Shown here piece after piece: positions 12,906-26,103 of a stretch of DNA of 64,000 bases. The DNA is taken from positions 248,001 to 312,000 of the forward strand of contig JALMLS010000354.1 in NCBI GenBank assembly GCA_038496445.1, read 5' to 3'. The notes beneath the pieces were generated by a model. That model had not been told where the DNA came from. It made no database searches and was given only the letters and a program-made list of their open reading frames with translations. The DNA is from Trichosphaerium sp. ATCC 40318 (Eukaryota > Protista > Tubulinea). The number at the start of each line of letters is the position of its first letter. The stretch's first letter is position 1. The translations under genes were made by a program, and so were the position numbers.

Positions 12906-14102
12906 TTAGTTTTTTCTTGATTCTCTTGAACGTCTTCTACTGACTGAAGACCTGCGAGATGATGCGCCACTTGAAGATAAGTTTGGTCTACGTCTCTTTA
13001 ACTGTTTACGTTTAAGCTGAGTATAATTATTATCATTCTTCACAAGGAGTTCTCTTGAAAGAGTCAAGATATGATGAATATCTTCCAACCATCTTCTCAT
13101 TTTACGAAGCTAACAAAAAAATGAGCAAAAGCGGCTCTGTGATAACTTGTCTTCAACGTACATATCGTCTATCTAACTCGTCAATTGCGACTTTATAATC
13201 AGGTACATTATCACCCGCCTTAGAAGCCTTGAAAGCGTAAGTAAAGGAAATATCTGAACTGTTTTCAAAAAAATTTATTTCGTCATTCTTTGTTCACGTG
13301 ACAGAACACGTGGGTAAGCAAATATGTACTCGAACAATCTTGGCGTACCAGTACTTTTACGGCTGCGCGACTTGGAGAAAATGTGACCATAGAAGCAAGC
13401 ACGTAACGGCCTGAAAGATGTGCCATTTTTAGTTCACGAATTAATTCCGTCTACATATGACGCAGGTAAGTACACCATATCATTTACGCGCGTAGCCATT
13501 TAGAAAAAAAAAAATGAAAGAAAAAACAATTGGGTTTCGGATGCTTTTTGATAGTACGAAGGTGTTTATTTACCTGTACTTGAGAATCAAAAGTGCCTTC
13601 GACTTTTTTAGGTAGTGTCAATGTTAAATGCATCTTTAATTGCGACATCATGGATACCATATGTGATACTTCTGTTTTAATCATTTGACTAGTTTCTAGA
13701 AGCTCCTATACCCGTTTTCAGTTAAATAATAATATTCTTGCCAATAGGGAGCCCTCGGACGGTATGCATGGCGTAAAATTAAATTTAAAGCATTAATGAA
13801 GCGCTTTAAGTTTGAAATAAACAAACGAGCGCAAATTACTCTTATGAGATCTGAAAACGCTCAAAACAGATACACTCATTAAACGTACCTCGATTGGTAG
13901 AGTTTTTGCTGCCTTTTCTTTAGCCGCTAATTCCTGGTTGTCGTTAATCGCGTTTACTGACGTTAATACATACTTGAAGATAACCGGCTAGCTTATTGAT
14001 TTGGGCGGGCATATCCTCATGTACAATGCGGTTAGCGCTTTTTTTTGTCGTTTCTTTTAACTCCTCCACGATAGTTTGCGCTGTGCGCCCAGTTTTACTC
14101 AT
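12906..14102 (-). CDS. Divergent proteasome activator PA28/REG-like protein
   Basis: Spliced product has MPAQINKLAGYL (cf. FPxKIxxL), LKMHLTLTLPKKVEG (cf. VKMWIQLLIPRIEDG), TELIRELK..SRA, NVPDYKVAIDELDRRY..LLVKN (cf. HVEDYRRAVxELDEKEY..ILKN). Confidence 0.6.
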
Positions 14103-14341
14103 CGTCAAATATCATGCATGGTACTGTTCGAGACTGCAGTTTTGCGAAGAAAAATTGCGCATTTCAAAAAAACTCACTTTTACTATTCATGTAAATTACA
14201 ACTTTTGCTTCTCGGTAGCATCACCTGGATGTCTCTGATAGAAGTTTTCTTGTAACTGCGGTGGTACATGATAGTTTCTGTGCAATCAAGTGTTCTAAAC
14301 TAGGCACGTGTTCTCTAATTAAAGGCATGTTTATTGTGGTA

Positions 14342-17300
14342 CTACTTGGATAGCACAAATACATATTTGGGTAAAGCTTGTGTTTCTTGAAAGATAACAA
14401 GCTCATCAAATATCTCTCCATCGTGTCCTGATCGCACAGGCATACCAAACTCAGAATGAGGAGATCCTTTCACTAAACAAACGATTAAGTTAAAAACAAA
14501 CATAAGTTGTGTCAATGGTCTTACCCAAGACGTAATGGCTTTGGTACCCAGGTTGACAAGGTTTTCCAAGCAATGATCCATTCTTTTTTGGATGTTCAAC
14601 TGCAGGATACACATTTCCAGGTATCACAAAGCTATTAGCTACTTAGAACGCGAAAATGGTTTCTTCTATTGAGGTACCTGAGAATGAGATGAATATTTCC
14701 ATTCGAGTTTGGTTTACAGTAAGCTGTCACATACTAGACATGAAGTGAGTACTACACGGCTTCAAACAGCTTGTTACCTTTATGGACGATGAAAAGTACA
14801 TGCCCATTCCTTCATTAGATGTTAGTGTTAAATCAAAAAAACAAAAACAGTATACCATAGTATCCTTTGTCTCGTTTAGCAACTGTCGAGAATCCTACCA
14901 AAAAAATGTCAACAACAATTGATAACTATCTATCGCATAATGTCACCTGTTTGCACAATATTCCAAACATCAGTAGAGTTAGTTCCATGAACAAGTGGGA
15001 TAGTGGGAACCTTTTTTTAACACTTAAATAACATCTATACACAAGCTCGTACAACGGAGGTGTCATTGAAAGGAAACGTCTTTACAAATGAGTTGAATCT
15101 ATCCATGGTAGCTCTATGTTCTTGTTGAAGTATTGGTTTATTTTTCCAATCAGCAACATTAAACGTGGATGGATTGGACCTCCATTGCTCAAACAGTTTG
15201 TCTAACAAATACAACTTTGTCAACGAATTAAGACACTTGTTGATCAAGTTTAGCAAAGTACCTCTATAGAACTTAAATGAGTTCTGATGAGGAGTGTTAT
15301 TAATACCATATATCGTGACGATATCTGAAGCACAACCACCAAGCTTTGTGAAAAGCTGTGCTGCTTTTTTGTATTCAACTGAAAAAAAATGTGAGTTCTT
15401 GAAGTATTAGGTACATACACATTGTTGGAGCGAGTGATATTGAAGAGTATGGAGCCACTGAAGTTCCATGAGTCTTCCAACAAGGATTAGAAAGGAACAA
15501 TTTGGTAAAAGCCCATGGTTTGATAGAAGTGAAGGTATCTTGTGATGATGATTGACCAAGAACAACAACTTTGAACTTTGGTTTTGGCGGTAAACTACGC
15601 GTATTAGACACATGCCAAACAAACAGATTAACAAATCAAGGTACTTTAAAATCGAAGTAAATGATAGATACTCGCTAAACTCTTCATCCCACAATGTAAT
15701 ATCCAAAGCATGGTTTACTTTAAGTTTTTCTTGAAATGCCAAAATAAGATCATCTTTGTCGGATACTGAAGCGTTCATCTTTTCTTTCTCACCATTATAG
15801 TCATATAGAAACCTTAATGGAATAGGGTTATGTTTGGGGACATATGGCGTAGCCTCCCAAGTCGCTAAATCGATTTTGAAATATTCTGCTGCGTTTGACT
15901 TGAAGACAAGACCATTGTCTGTCCAATCGGGCACGTGCGTGAAGTCATACCAAGAACCATGTATCTTGATTGATCCGTTACTTACAATGCCTGCGCCGTT
16001 TACACCTTTGTATCCATTACCAGTAGCTAGAAGAACCTCACAATCATCAAGTGTCACTTCAGAAAGAGGAAGCTCCGCCTCTATATATTTCTTCCATTTA
16101 TTTCCTTTCTTGTTTGTTACTTAACCACTTGGGCAATTATTTTACTTACCTCTAAACATGTCACCATTAACTCGTTTAAGTTCTTTACGATATTTAAATC
16201 CACCTTCTGTACTGACTAAACAGAAACAAGTAAGACAACAACAAAGCAATACATTTCAACCCGTAAACACATCTCCATTGTTATAGGTAACTACAAGTGC
16301 ACCAGTAAATAGCTCGTCGTTCATCCACTCCCCTTCGCTCGTTCTTCCATTTCTATGATCTAGAGTACCTTTTCCGTGTCTGTAGGGTATCTTCTGATCC
16401 CATGAATCCCTCTTCATCATGCCTAGCAACACGTTACAATTTGGAACGAACTATACAACACTTACCAGTGTAGACACTATCTCCGTATGAGATGACACCT
16501 GTACCTTCAAAGAATATGTCATTACACCAAGTACCATCGAATATATCGCCATTGGCGTCTTTGAATACACCTTGCCCATGTCTTTTGTCTTCGACTGTTA
16601 AGTCTCCTAAAAATAATGTCAGAACCTTAGCGTGCTAAAGGAGTCACCATTGTAAGTTGCTCCAGAACTGTACTCTAAATATCTCTTTTCGAATCTATAC
16701 TCTCCGCCACAATAAAACCATATTCTTCCTCTCAGCGGTGCAGTGGAATGCAGAAACTCACATTCTCCGTTTTTGACAGTATCTAAAGAAAGTAGTTATT
16801 TCTACAACGAAAAAAAAAAACTGTCTTACAATAACAAGTAGCATCTTTCCCCTTGTTTATTATGATGGTTCCATCACAATTGTATAGAGCGTTATTCCTC
16901 CATTCACCTTGAATTTTGATATTATAGTATGACGATACAAACGTTCCATGACCGTGTTTTTGGAACAAGCTCCTGTTTTTAAGCTTATCAACATCAATTA
17001 TGCATTCTCCTTAACAACATATTATTAGGTATTTTTTGCAAATTGCGGAGCAAGAGTGAGTCTGGTATGATAGTTTAAAACGCTAAATAATACTTATTGT
17101 TGAGGGTGCTCAAGAACCTTCTCAGACATATTCGGCTTGGTATTTGTCTCAGAAAATTCTGAAAAACGTGAAGTTTACTTCAGCTAATTGTTGTACCTTC
17201 GTATTCCCCATAACTCCCTGAACTAGTTCCCTTGTAGATTTCAATACCTTCTTCATATCTATCGAATACTATTTTGTTTTTTCTATCAGTATAGAACTCC

Positions 17301-18173
17301 CCTTGCTGGTGTTCAGGCTTTCCGTCTTTAACAACTCCTATTTTGTATCAATAAATACATCATTACAGTTTACTAGTACATACCCCAAAAGGTTGTATTG
17401 TATACTTGAAGGCAACCATTGCCATTATATAAATTACCCTTCCATTCACCAATACTTTTTCTCCCATCCTTAAACAGTAGTGTGCCCTCGCCATGAAACT
17501 TTCCGTCCTTAAACTCTCCTTTTGGAAAAACAAGTTAGTCAAAAACTAGCAAAGGAGCATAACACATACCCTCATATCTCACTCTATCGATAGCTTGACA
17601 TTCTTTGCAATCATGTTTGGAACATTGTTTCCATTTACCAGAACGAACGTCCTGACTATCATCAAACGTACTATGCCGATACAATATTTTCCCTTTTCCA
17701 TCAAACTTCAGGCCGTCGAGTTTACCAATGTATACTGAGTTTGGATCGATTACAATTGCGTTATCACAATACCCATCAATCCATTCGCCTTTGTAAGATA
17801 CAAGGCGTTCATCAGAATCCTTTTCCCAGCGTACTAAATAGCCTTTTCCGCTTCTAATGTTGCCCTTAGAAAACGTGCCCTTAAAAGTTGTTTTGCTATT
17901 AATGGACAGTTCCCCAGGACCTTCAAGTTTCCCACTATCAAATAAACCTTTGTACTCTATCTGCACATGCTCGAAATTGTATTTAAACCGACCACTGCCA
18001 TGAGCGTATTCGGCCTCACCTCCTGACTTGGTAATTTGGAAAACTTGATTATTCATAGTAATTGTAGGACCATAATAGCTACCACCATAAAGACCAACTC
18101 TACAATTATTTATTCTACAAAAAAACAAGGATTTAGTGTAGCACAATTTTGTATCTCGTAACTTGTTTCCCAT
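14342..18173 (-). CDS. Large MORN-repeat protein fused to a C-terminal PARP-like ADP-ribosyltransferase domain
   Basis: Many YxGxWxxGxxHGxG repeats in exons 16150-18100; C-terminal exons give PLVHGT..IVQTG, DKGYYG/NGMYFSSS, GYQSHYVL, FDELVIFQETQALPKYV. Exon joins inferred by hand. Confidence 0.72.
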
Positions 18174-18947
18174 CCCCCTTGACAAGTTTAAAATCACGTG
18201 TTACAAAACAGTATTTTTACTATGATTAGGTTAGGGATAACAATCGCGCTTTGAAATAAATAAGTGTTTGCTTGCCGGTTCAAGCTTCAATCACCGCTCT
18301 AGCACAACACAAAAGTGCGGATGAGTAGCTTTGACGTAGTTACTAAAGGAACTGTTGGCCAACGTACTTATATATTTGCTTGTTTGGTTAATTTGTATAA
18401 GTGGCTTACCCGCACGACTTCAACTATGGACCACACTTACTAGGGTCAACGCCGTGAAAAAACCAGCGTCTATGCTAGTTGGCTTGGCATGTACCTACAT
18501 TCGCGAGCAAGTCCTAGGCGAGCTTTTAGCATTTGTTTAAGTTGTGGTTAAAGGCTTGATTCCTTGTAACGCCTGGTGAGTACTAGCACGAGAAGTCATG
18601 AGGTAATCTATTCGACTTGATTGTTGTTGCTGAGGCTCCTTTGCTGTGGAATTATGGCCTGAACAACCTTGCTGTTGGAAACACTAATACTCTTGATAGC
18701 AACAGCAGCCAATCCAAACAGCGTCAATGTCAAAAGGTGCACATGACAGCAACTCCAAAAGAACGGAAGAAAACCTGGTTTTTGAACCGTAATCGCAATC
18801 ATGGTAGGGTGAAGTGCGGAGTGTAGGTCGCACTTGAAGTTGCACACAACGTGGTAAGAAACTTATTGCTGATGACTAGCTTAGACTATAACCAGCTATT
18901 TTCAGTAGACAAGCAAGGATAACACTTCCTACAGCCAACACAACAAT

Positions 18948-20646
18948 ATGGACGACGATGAAGGTTACTAAAGCCGTTAAAAAAGCCTTTTTTTGCTGTA
19001 CAACGGTATTTGGCACTAACTCGTTGTGTAGTCAATGCTGTCGTCATAGACAATGGATCTAGTATGTGTAAAGTCGGTTTTGCAGGAGAGGACGGTCCAG
19101 AGGGTATATTTCCAACATGCGTTGGCCTACCACAACGTACAGGCGATACAGCTGATACAGAAAAGAAACGTACTCACCCAAAAATACTTTCATCAAAAAG
19201 ACCCTTAAAATCGCCATTTATTATATCTCTATGCGTAAACAATGCTGTAACGAGCAGTAGTTTCAATTTCTCGCAAACACAAAACACTTATTTGCATTTT
19301 CTCTAAAATGCCCCTCATTGGCTCCTTCAGCAATGTATGGAAGCTCACAGTGATAATGCGAATCTAGTGAGACTATTTAATCCACACACAAACTCTACCA
19401 ACAACAGAAATTTTTTTTCCAGAAATCCACAAGAGCTCGATTTTTGATTTTTTGGTTCATTTTTTTACCATCCCTACCACTAATTTATACCTGACTGACT
19501 TACCTTAAAGCAACTTTTTATGTTGGCGACAAGGCGCGTTCTAAGTGTGATATACTTACATTGGAAAACCCAATCGAACGTGGTATAATCACAAACTGGG
19601 AGGCTATGGAGAAAATATGGCATCATGCCTTCTACAATGAACTAGATGTTGACCCAGAAGATCAACCAGTTCTCCTTACTGAAGCTCCAAATAACCCAAA
19701 AGCTAACAGGTCCGAAACTTCACTATTTCTTAATCCAACAACATCTTCTTTTTTTTGGTTTTCTTCTTTTCGTACAGCTTTACTTAAGCTATTTATTGCC
19801 TTAAGGGAGAAGACAACGCAGATAATGTTTGAGACATTTCAAACACCATCAATGTGTCTAGCGATTGAAGCCGTTCTAGCTTTGTATTCTACTGGAAGAA
19901 TGACGGGTACAATGCAAAACACGTTTTTGTTTATCTAACAGGTTGTATTGACTGTTTTAAATAAAGGTATGGTAGTGGATTGTGGTTATGGAGTTACACA
20001 CGCTGTACCAATCTCTGATGGCTGTGCCGTCCGTCAAGCTATTCAAAGTACAGACATAGGCGGAAAAGATGTTACAGAACACCTCATGAAGATACTCTCA
20101 GAACGTGGTTATTCGTTTAAAACTGCACATGATAAAGCCGTTGCTCGTGACATCAAAGAAAAACTAACCTATGTTGCTGTTAACTTTGACGAAGAAATGC
20201 AACGTGCTGCTGAATCTACTCAGGGTGAAAAATCATACACAATGCCTGACGATAAGGTTGTCACCATACACAATGAGCGTTTCAGATGTACAGAGCCTCT
20301 GTTTTGTCCATCTTTAATTGGCAAAGAATCTAGAGGTATATATGAAATCATGTTCGATGCAATGATGAAGAGTGATGTGTACATTCGTAAGGACTTGTAT
20401 GGTAACATTGTCCTCTCTGGAGGTTGCACAATGATTCCTGGTATTGAAGATCGTATGCATAAGAAAACGATAGATTACGCTGCTCCAGGATACAATATAA
20501 GAGTAGTAGCTATGCCAGAGAGAAAACATGCCGCTTGGATTGGCGGTTCCATTCTTGCTTCTCTTTCTAATTTTCAGGATAAGTGTATTACCAAACAAGA
20601 TTACGATGAATATGGGCCATCTATTGTACACAAAAAGTGCTTGTAA
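18948..20646 (+). CDS. Divergent actin / actin-related protein
   Basis: [83 protein letters not shown]; four introns. Confidence 0.93.
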
Positions 20647-20976
20647 TGAACGAGTATGCAAAAAAAAAACCTGCTACCATCACGTGAATGTAAACTGCTT
20701 GTTCCATCTTTAAGTTCTTTTCGAAACTTGTCTCTGACTTGTTCGCCAACCGCTGTTTGTAAAGTTTCACGTGGTATTACTTATAAGTCATATCCGTAGT
20801 CAGGATCTTTAATTTGTAATTTAACACTAACCCTGGAGGCATAAATGTAAGCCCGAGTCTCTAATCATAGCTAAGTTTGGTAAGGCAGATAGCTTTTTTA
20901 CTTAAGTACCCTTAAGCGTACAATAGTATTCCTACAACAGCATTTGCAGATAAAGCGATGCTACGGTCTTCAGAGT

Positions 20977-22311
20977 ATGTTCTTATGCCTACGTCCTAGG
21001 CTGTTTATCGCTCAATTAAGTAGAAACCCGTTTTATTGTACTGATACTATTCATAGGCCTTTGGAATTGCTTTGGCTACCGACAGAAATTATATTTTGTA
21101 TACTGGCGTTATTAGACAAGAAATGCCGTATATCAGCAACGTTTGTTTGTAAACTGTTCTCTACAATCATTTTAAAGCATTTGGGGTATTTAACAGTGAA
21201 CATAAAGTCAAGAGAAAGTCTGTTCAAACTACATGAAAGTCCTCTTTTAAAAAATACAAAAGTGATTATTGGTGGTTTTACAATGACTGAAGATGACTTT
21301 GAAAATCTATCTGGTGTTCATCACCTTGAAATAGAGGATTATGTTTCATTAACAGATGCAATGTTAGAACATATTTCAGGTGTACATCATCTGGAAATGA
21401 TCATTACAAGTGGATGCAACTTGACAGGATCGGGATTTAAGTCACTTCAAGGTATTCATACATTAAGAGTACCACCAGGCAGTCATTTAAATGATGAGTG
21501 GCTTCAAGAACTTGGTAGCATCCATACAATCATTATTTCAGGGACAGATATAACAGATAAAGGACTTGCGGCACTCTCTGGAGTTCATACTATTGAGTTA
21601 TCTTATTGTGACAACATCACTGACAAAGGTGTCATTGCCATTTCAGGTAATGTACACGAGATACTGCTTGATGGATGTGATATTACAGACAAAAGTGTAA
21701 TAGCACTAACAAATGCAAGTTTGATATCTTTTTATAAATGTTTCAGAATTACAGATGAAGGAGTAAAGTATCTGTTAACACAAAATCAAACAACTCACAA
21801 AATTAAAAAAATTATTCTGGGCTACTGCACTCAAATATCAAACAACGTCTTGAAACTTTTGGCTGGTATACCTTGTATAGGGCTTTGTAAGTGTATACAA
21901 CTAAAAGGTGATACTTTATCATGTTTGGCAGGTGTACAGCATATTGATTTGAATAGTTGTACTTCAGTATCAAATGACGGGATAAAACAATTGGCAGGTG
22001 TGAAAGTGATTGATATTTCTTTTCTTGACTGTGTTGATGATAGTACTTTAAAGGCACTTGCTGGAGTACATACAATCATTCTTGATGGTACACATGTGAC
22101 AGATGAAGGTTTAGGATACTTAGTGGGTGTCAAATTCATAAGCCTCCATTTTTGTGAAAAGATAACATACAAAGGAGTGAGCAGTCTCATTGGTGCTAAG
22201 ACAACTGGTCTACAAAACTGCTCTCAAATCACAGAGGCGATGATTAACTATCTAGGATGCAACATACTTAACACATACTTTTGGCCTGTTCTTGACCACA
22301 TTTGCAGATGA
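20977..22311 (+). CDS. Intronless F-box + cysteine-containing LRR protein, copy 1
   Basis: LPTEIIFCILALL..TFVCKLF F-box; repeats of VHTIxLSxCxxITDxGxxxL; first in-frame ATG at 20977. Confidence 0.85.
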   Translation: MFLCLRPRLFIAQLSRNPFYCTDTIHRPLELLWLPTEIIFCILALLDKKCRISATFVCKLFSTIILKHLGYLTVNIKSRESLFKLHESPLLKNTKVIIGGFTMTEDDFENLSGVHHLEIEDYVSLTDAMLEHISGVHHLEMIITSGCNLTGSGFKSLQGIHTLRVPPGSHLNDEWLQELGSIHTIIISGTDITDKGLAALSGVHTIELSYCDNITDKGVIAISGNVHEILLDGCDITDKSVIALTNASLISFYKCFRITDEGVKYLLTQNQTTHKIKKIILGYCTQISNNVLKLLAGIPCIGLCKCIQLKGDTLSCLAGVQHIDLNSCTSVSNDGIKQLAGVKVIDISFLDCVDDSTLKALAGVHTIILDGTHVTDEGLGYLVGVKFISLHFCEKITYKGVSSLIGAKTTGLQNCSQITEAMINYLGCNILNTYFWPVLDHICR

Positions 22312-22969
22312 AGGCATGATGAGGTTAGACAGTTGTGTATGAATAATATGGTACACCCGACTTTTTTCTCAGCCTCTAGGAGGACGTAGATCAAAAATAA
22401 GGATTTACGGTTTTGTAGAAGAAGAACATGATTAGTGTTCTTCCAATATGGAATAACATGAATAAACTGTTGAATTAAAAAGATGCAACATCTTTTTTAC
22501 AAGGAAAATCATCATGTATATTACACACCAAAATTCATTAAGGAGAACGTTAAACGTGATCATTAGCTCAAGAGTTTGAAGTGTATACTAACTGCAAGAG
22601 GTAATATAAGTGCTTTGATAATAACCTAGATCTACAACCTAGAGCTACAAGCTCTTTCGTAGATGTACAATAGAAAGAGAAAGAGAAATACAAAAAAAAC
22701 AAGTTTTTTCTAACAATATTTTAAATAAGGTATTTCTTTTTTTTTTTCTGTACAAGAGAGATCTTCACCCAACCAACTTCTTCTTCTTCAAAAATCTGTT
22801 ATGTTTGATGAAGAATAAAAAAACAATTCAAAAGAGAAAAAAAAATAGGTAAAAAAAAACCCAAAAGAACCTCCAACCAAAGGTTGCCGATGGTCGTCTG
22901 TAGACGAGGAACTTTTTTTTTTTTTTCCGTTTTTTTCCTTTTTTTTTCTTGAAATGTTTCTTATTTTGG

Positions 22970-25900
22970 TTAAGAAACAGTTTTGTTTCTGCTATGATAC
23001 ACCATGTTTTTAGACAGCCTCTTATCCAATAGGTGACCTGGTGCCGTTTTTCTTCGCAATAATCGTCTTTTTGAGACACTTTCACTAAACGCTTGAATTT
23101 CTGCAGCAAGTTCTTTTGGAAAGTCTGGTTTGTCTATACAAGAGTTTGCACGAGTTGGACGTCTCCTCCGTAGAGGTCCTCCATTATTTTCTTCTTTATC
23201 ACGTAATACATCTTCTACTACAGCATGGACTATGAAAAGAGCGTAAGGACATCATTAAGCGAAGACACAAAGAACAAAAAAAATTCAGCTGAAAAACAAA
23301 AGCCAAATGTCTCCACTTTGCTCCAGGCAGTTGAGGCCGCTGAGAGCCTCCATAAAGGAAGACAGTGACATTATCGATGTATTTGAAGGGTGAAGAAATC
23401 AAAAAGAGAAAGGGTTTAGGTGAAAGCATGTGTTGGGTTTTTGGCTTTTTTTTCGGGTAATGTCGTGCTTGCTTTACGTACCAAATACATACTGCTCTTT
23501 AGATTGAACCATACCAATACGTTGAGTTCTTAAATGTAATACAGTATTCTTAATATCTAAATAAAAAATTAGTAAGTCCATAAAAGAAGAAGCCATTGAA
23601 GCCAAAAGCAAAAAAAAAAAGTGAGAAAAACACCCAAAACCGAAAAAAAAATTCAGGACAAATTTTCTTCAAAAAAGAAACCCGCGCCCAAAAACGATAT
23701 TGTACAGTGTTATCCAACCCGTCGTTGCTGTGAAACTGATTTTGGTTCGGAAAAAATTTAACATGACACGTACCTATCTGTTCACCGTGTAATGCCTTTT
23801 GTAGACTCGTGTGAATAGATACAAACGTACCTGTACGTCCAATACCAGCACTAACCCCACCACGTTAGCGAAAAAAAAAAAAGAAAAAAAAGACAACCAC
23901 TTTAGACTTGCCTGCAATGAACACAGATGGCATCTTTAAGACCTTTTTTACGTATATCTACCTCCTTTAATAATGTTTTCATCACTTCTGTAGAATTTGG
24001 AACACCAAAATCAGGCCATTGAGTACAATGGAGCTAAAACAACAAAACAATTAAAAAAAAATTATCAACAAAAAATAGTTAAAACTGATAATTATTCGTG
24101 TGTGTTCAATGCAATCATGACGTACTTGATAAACAACACGAACATGTGTTCCTTCTGAAGGCCTATCACGGTCTCTTTTTGCAAATGTTAAAGGACCAGC
24201 ATCATCTGGTTCGCCTTCCTGTTGCTCTGCAAGCCACTTTAAGAATTGTTAGATTAATTAAGAGAATATTTATTATTGGATTTAGAACGAACTAGTACCT
24301 TTGCTTCTAGATCTGAAAAAGACTCATCACTATCGTAATCAGTATCATAATCAGATTCTGTTTGTGTATCAGAGTCAGAAGGTGTATCATAGTCATAATC
24401 TTCATCATCTTCAGATTCTGTTGTATCTGTCTTCCACACGTCAAATACACGCACCTAGGTATATATATGAGTTTACTGATAATAGAACGTGATGATCAAA
24501 TACTTAAAACAAACGTTCAACTGAATTAGCCGAAGATGACCTTTTTTTTGAAGTTGTGTTTTTTTTTTTTTTACAAGTTTTGTTCTGTTTGGTTTAACGT
24601 ACCGTTACTGAGTTACCACGTTCATCTTGTCGGCGTAAACGAACCATAAAACGTCCGAATTTAATACGTTCACCAATATTCATTGGCCAGTACGAATGAG
24701 CTGTACATAAAATGAAAAACTTTCAAACAATGAAAAAAAAAAACAATTTTGAAGAAAAAAAAATAAAAATAAGTCAAAAACAAAAGATGTGATCTTTCAC
24801 AGAATGAGTCCCAAACATAAATGGGTTTGTTTAGAAATCGCAAACGAGGTTCGCTTGAGCGGTAGAATTATACAGTGAATATAAATAACTTATGAGGCAT
24901 ACGGTAGTGCCTTTTAGAAGACTGAAAAAAACACAAAAAAACAAAACAAAAAAAAAAAGCTGAAAAAAAAAAAAATTCTTTTCAAAAAAACACAGAGACC
25001 TACCTTTAACTCTGTTCCTTTCGATTAAATTTGTCAACATTACTATGACAGGGACACCTGTAATACGTTAAATACGGGCATTTATAAAACACGCTACAAT
25101 GAAGTAAAATAGACGCGTGGAATCGTTTTTTTCATTCGAGTAGAAGGTTACGTGTAGTGGAAGGCGAAGAAAACATGAGCGGTTGCGAAAAGTTGCGTTT
25201 AATAGCTCCTAAGCATGTTTATACGTACGTTGCTCCCATATCATACGCCAAAAGTCCCCAAAGGTCGAAGGTAAGGGTGCTTGAGAGCAAATGTACTTTT
25301 GTGGTTGTCTCTTCTGCTTTACATCTCCCTCAAGGAAATTTGCATTGATGTACGAGGACCCTTCTTTTCCTTTTATAGACTGGAGCCGCACCTGGTGATT
25401 ATGTAAATGACCTCATCTTGTTGTATAGCATTATGATGTCTACGAGTACGTACCTGTGGTTATAATTTAGTTTTTTTTGTTCAAAATGCAACTATTAAAC
25501 GTACAGCAGTATGTTTCAGTGGTAGGACATTGCCATACCTATCAATTGTTAAATTCGCCAACGTACACCTCATTTACCGGTTTTTTTTTCTATTTTCCTC
25601 TGTTGTTGCTTCTTCCCAGAAGGATCCATCTAATTTATGCTGTGCGACATCTTTATAATCCTTAAATATCTTGTGCATTTTTTCGACATCGCCTTGGTTC
25701 TCAACGAATCCTTTTGTGTTTGCGTCATTATCCACGTTAGACGTACACAGTACAAGTCCTTTCTTTTGCATGTGACGTCCTTGTGTGACGTTGAAGCACT
25801 TTGACAATCTAGCCAAAAAGTGTCTGGCAAAAAACTCAGTTGCAAGTACAAATTTCCGCGTAAGAATTCTGTTTTGGAATTCACCAAGTTACCCCGCCAC

Positions 25901-25971
25901 ACCCTCTACAATACTCTGACGCATAGATTTGATACATTTTTGAGGTATTCATGAATTCAGTAATACTCATA
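22970..25971 (-). CDS. Classical protein tyrosine phosphatase
   Basis: NRKKNRY, YINANF, YICSQAPL..TFGDFWRMIWEQ, QWPDFGVP, VHCSAGIGRTGTF (split by a GC-AG intron), LRTQRIGMVQSKEQY; acidic Ser/Asp insert at 24300-24430. Both ends approximate. Confidence 0.9.
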
Positions 25972-26103
25972 TTACGTCATACTTAGCGCCTTTCTAGTTT
26001 TGTTTTACGGAGTAAACACAATAAAAAAACCCGTAGTTTCTGTGATGTAGCTATAGTCTGTCATGATTGCGCTGACTTCACAATAATTTCCTTTTATTTT
26101 ACT

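Noticed and set aside
21812-22190. Antisense ORFs conserved opposite both LRR genes (also 39702-39969) and opposite the MORN genes
   Set aside because: Shadow frames of repetitive, recently duplicated coding sequence.
22680-24990. Long poly-A/poly-T runs as retro-insertion tails
   Set aside because: They lie in introns and the 3' UTR of the PTP gene, with no target-site duplications.
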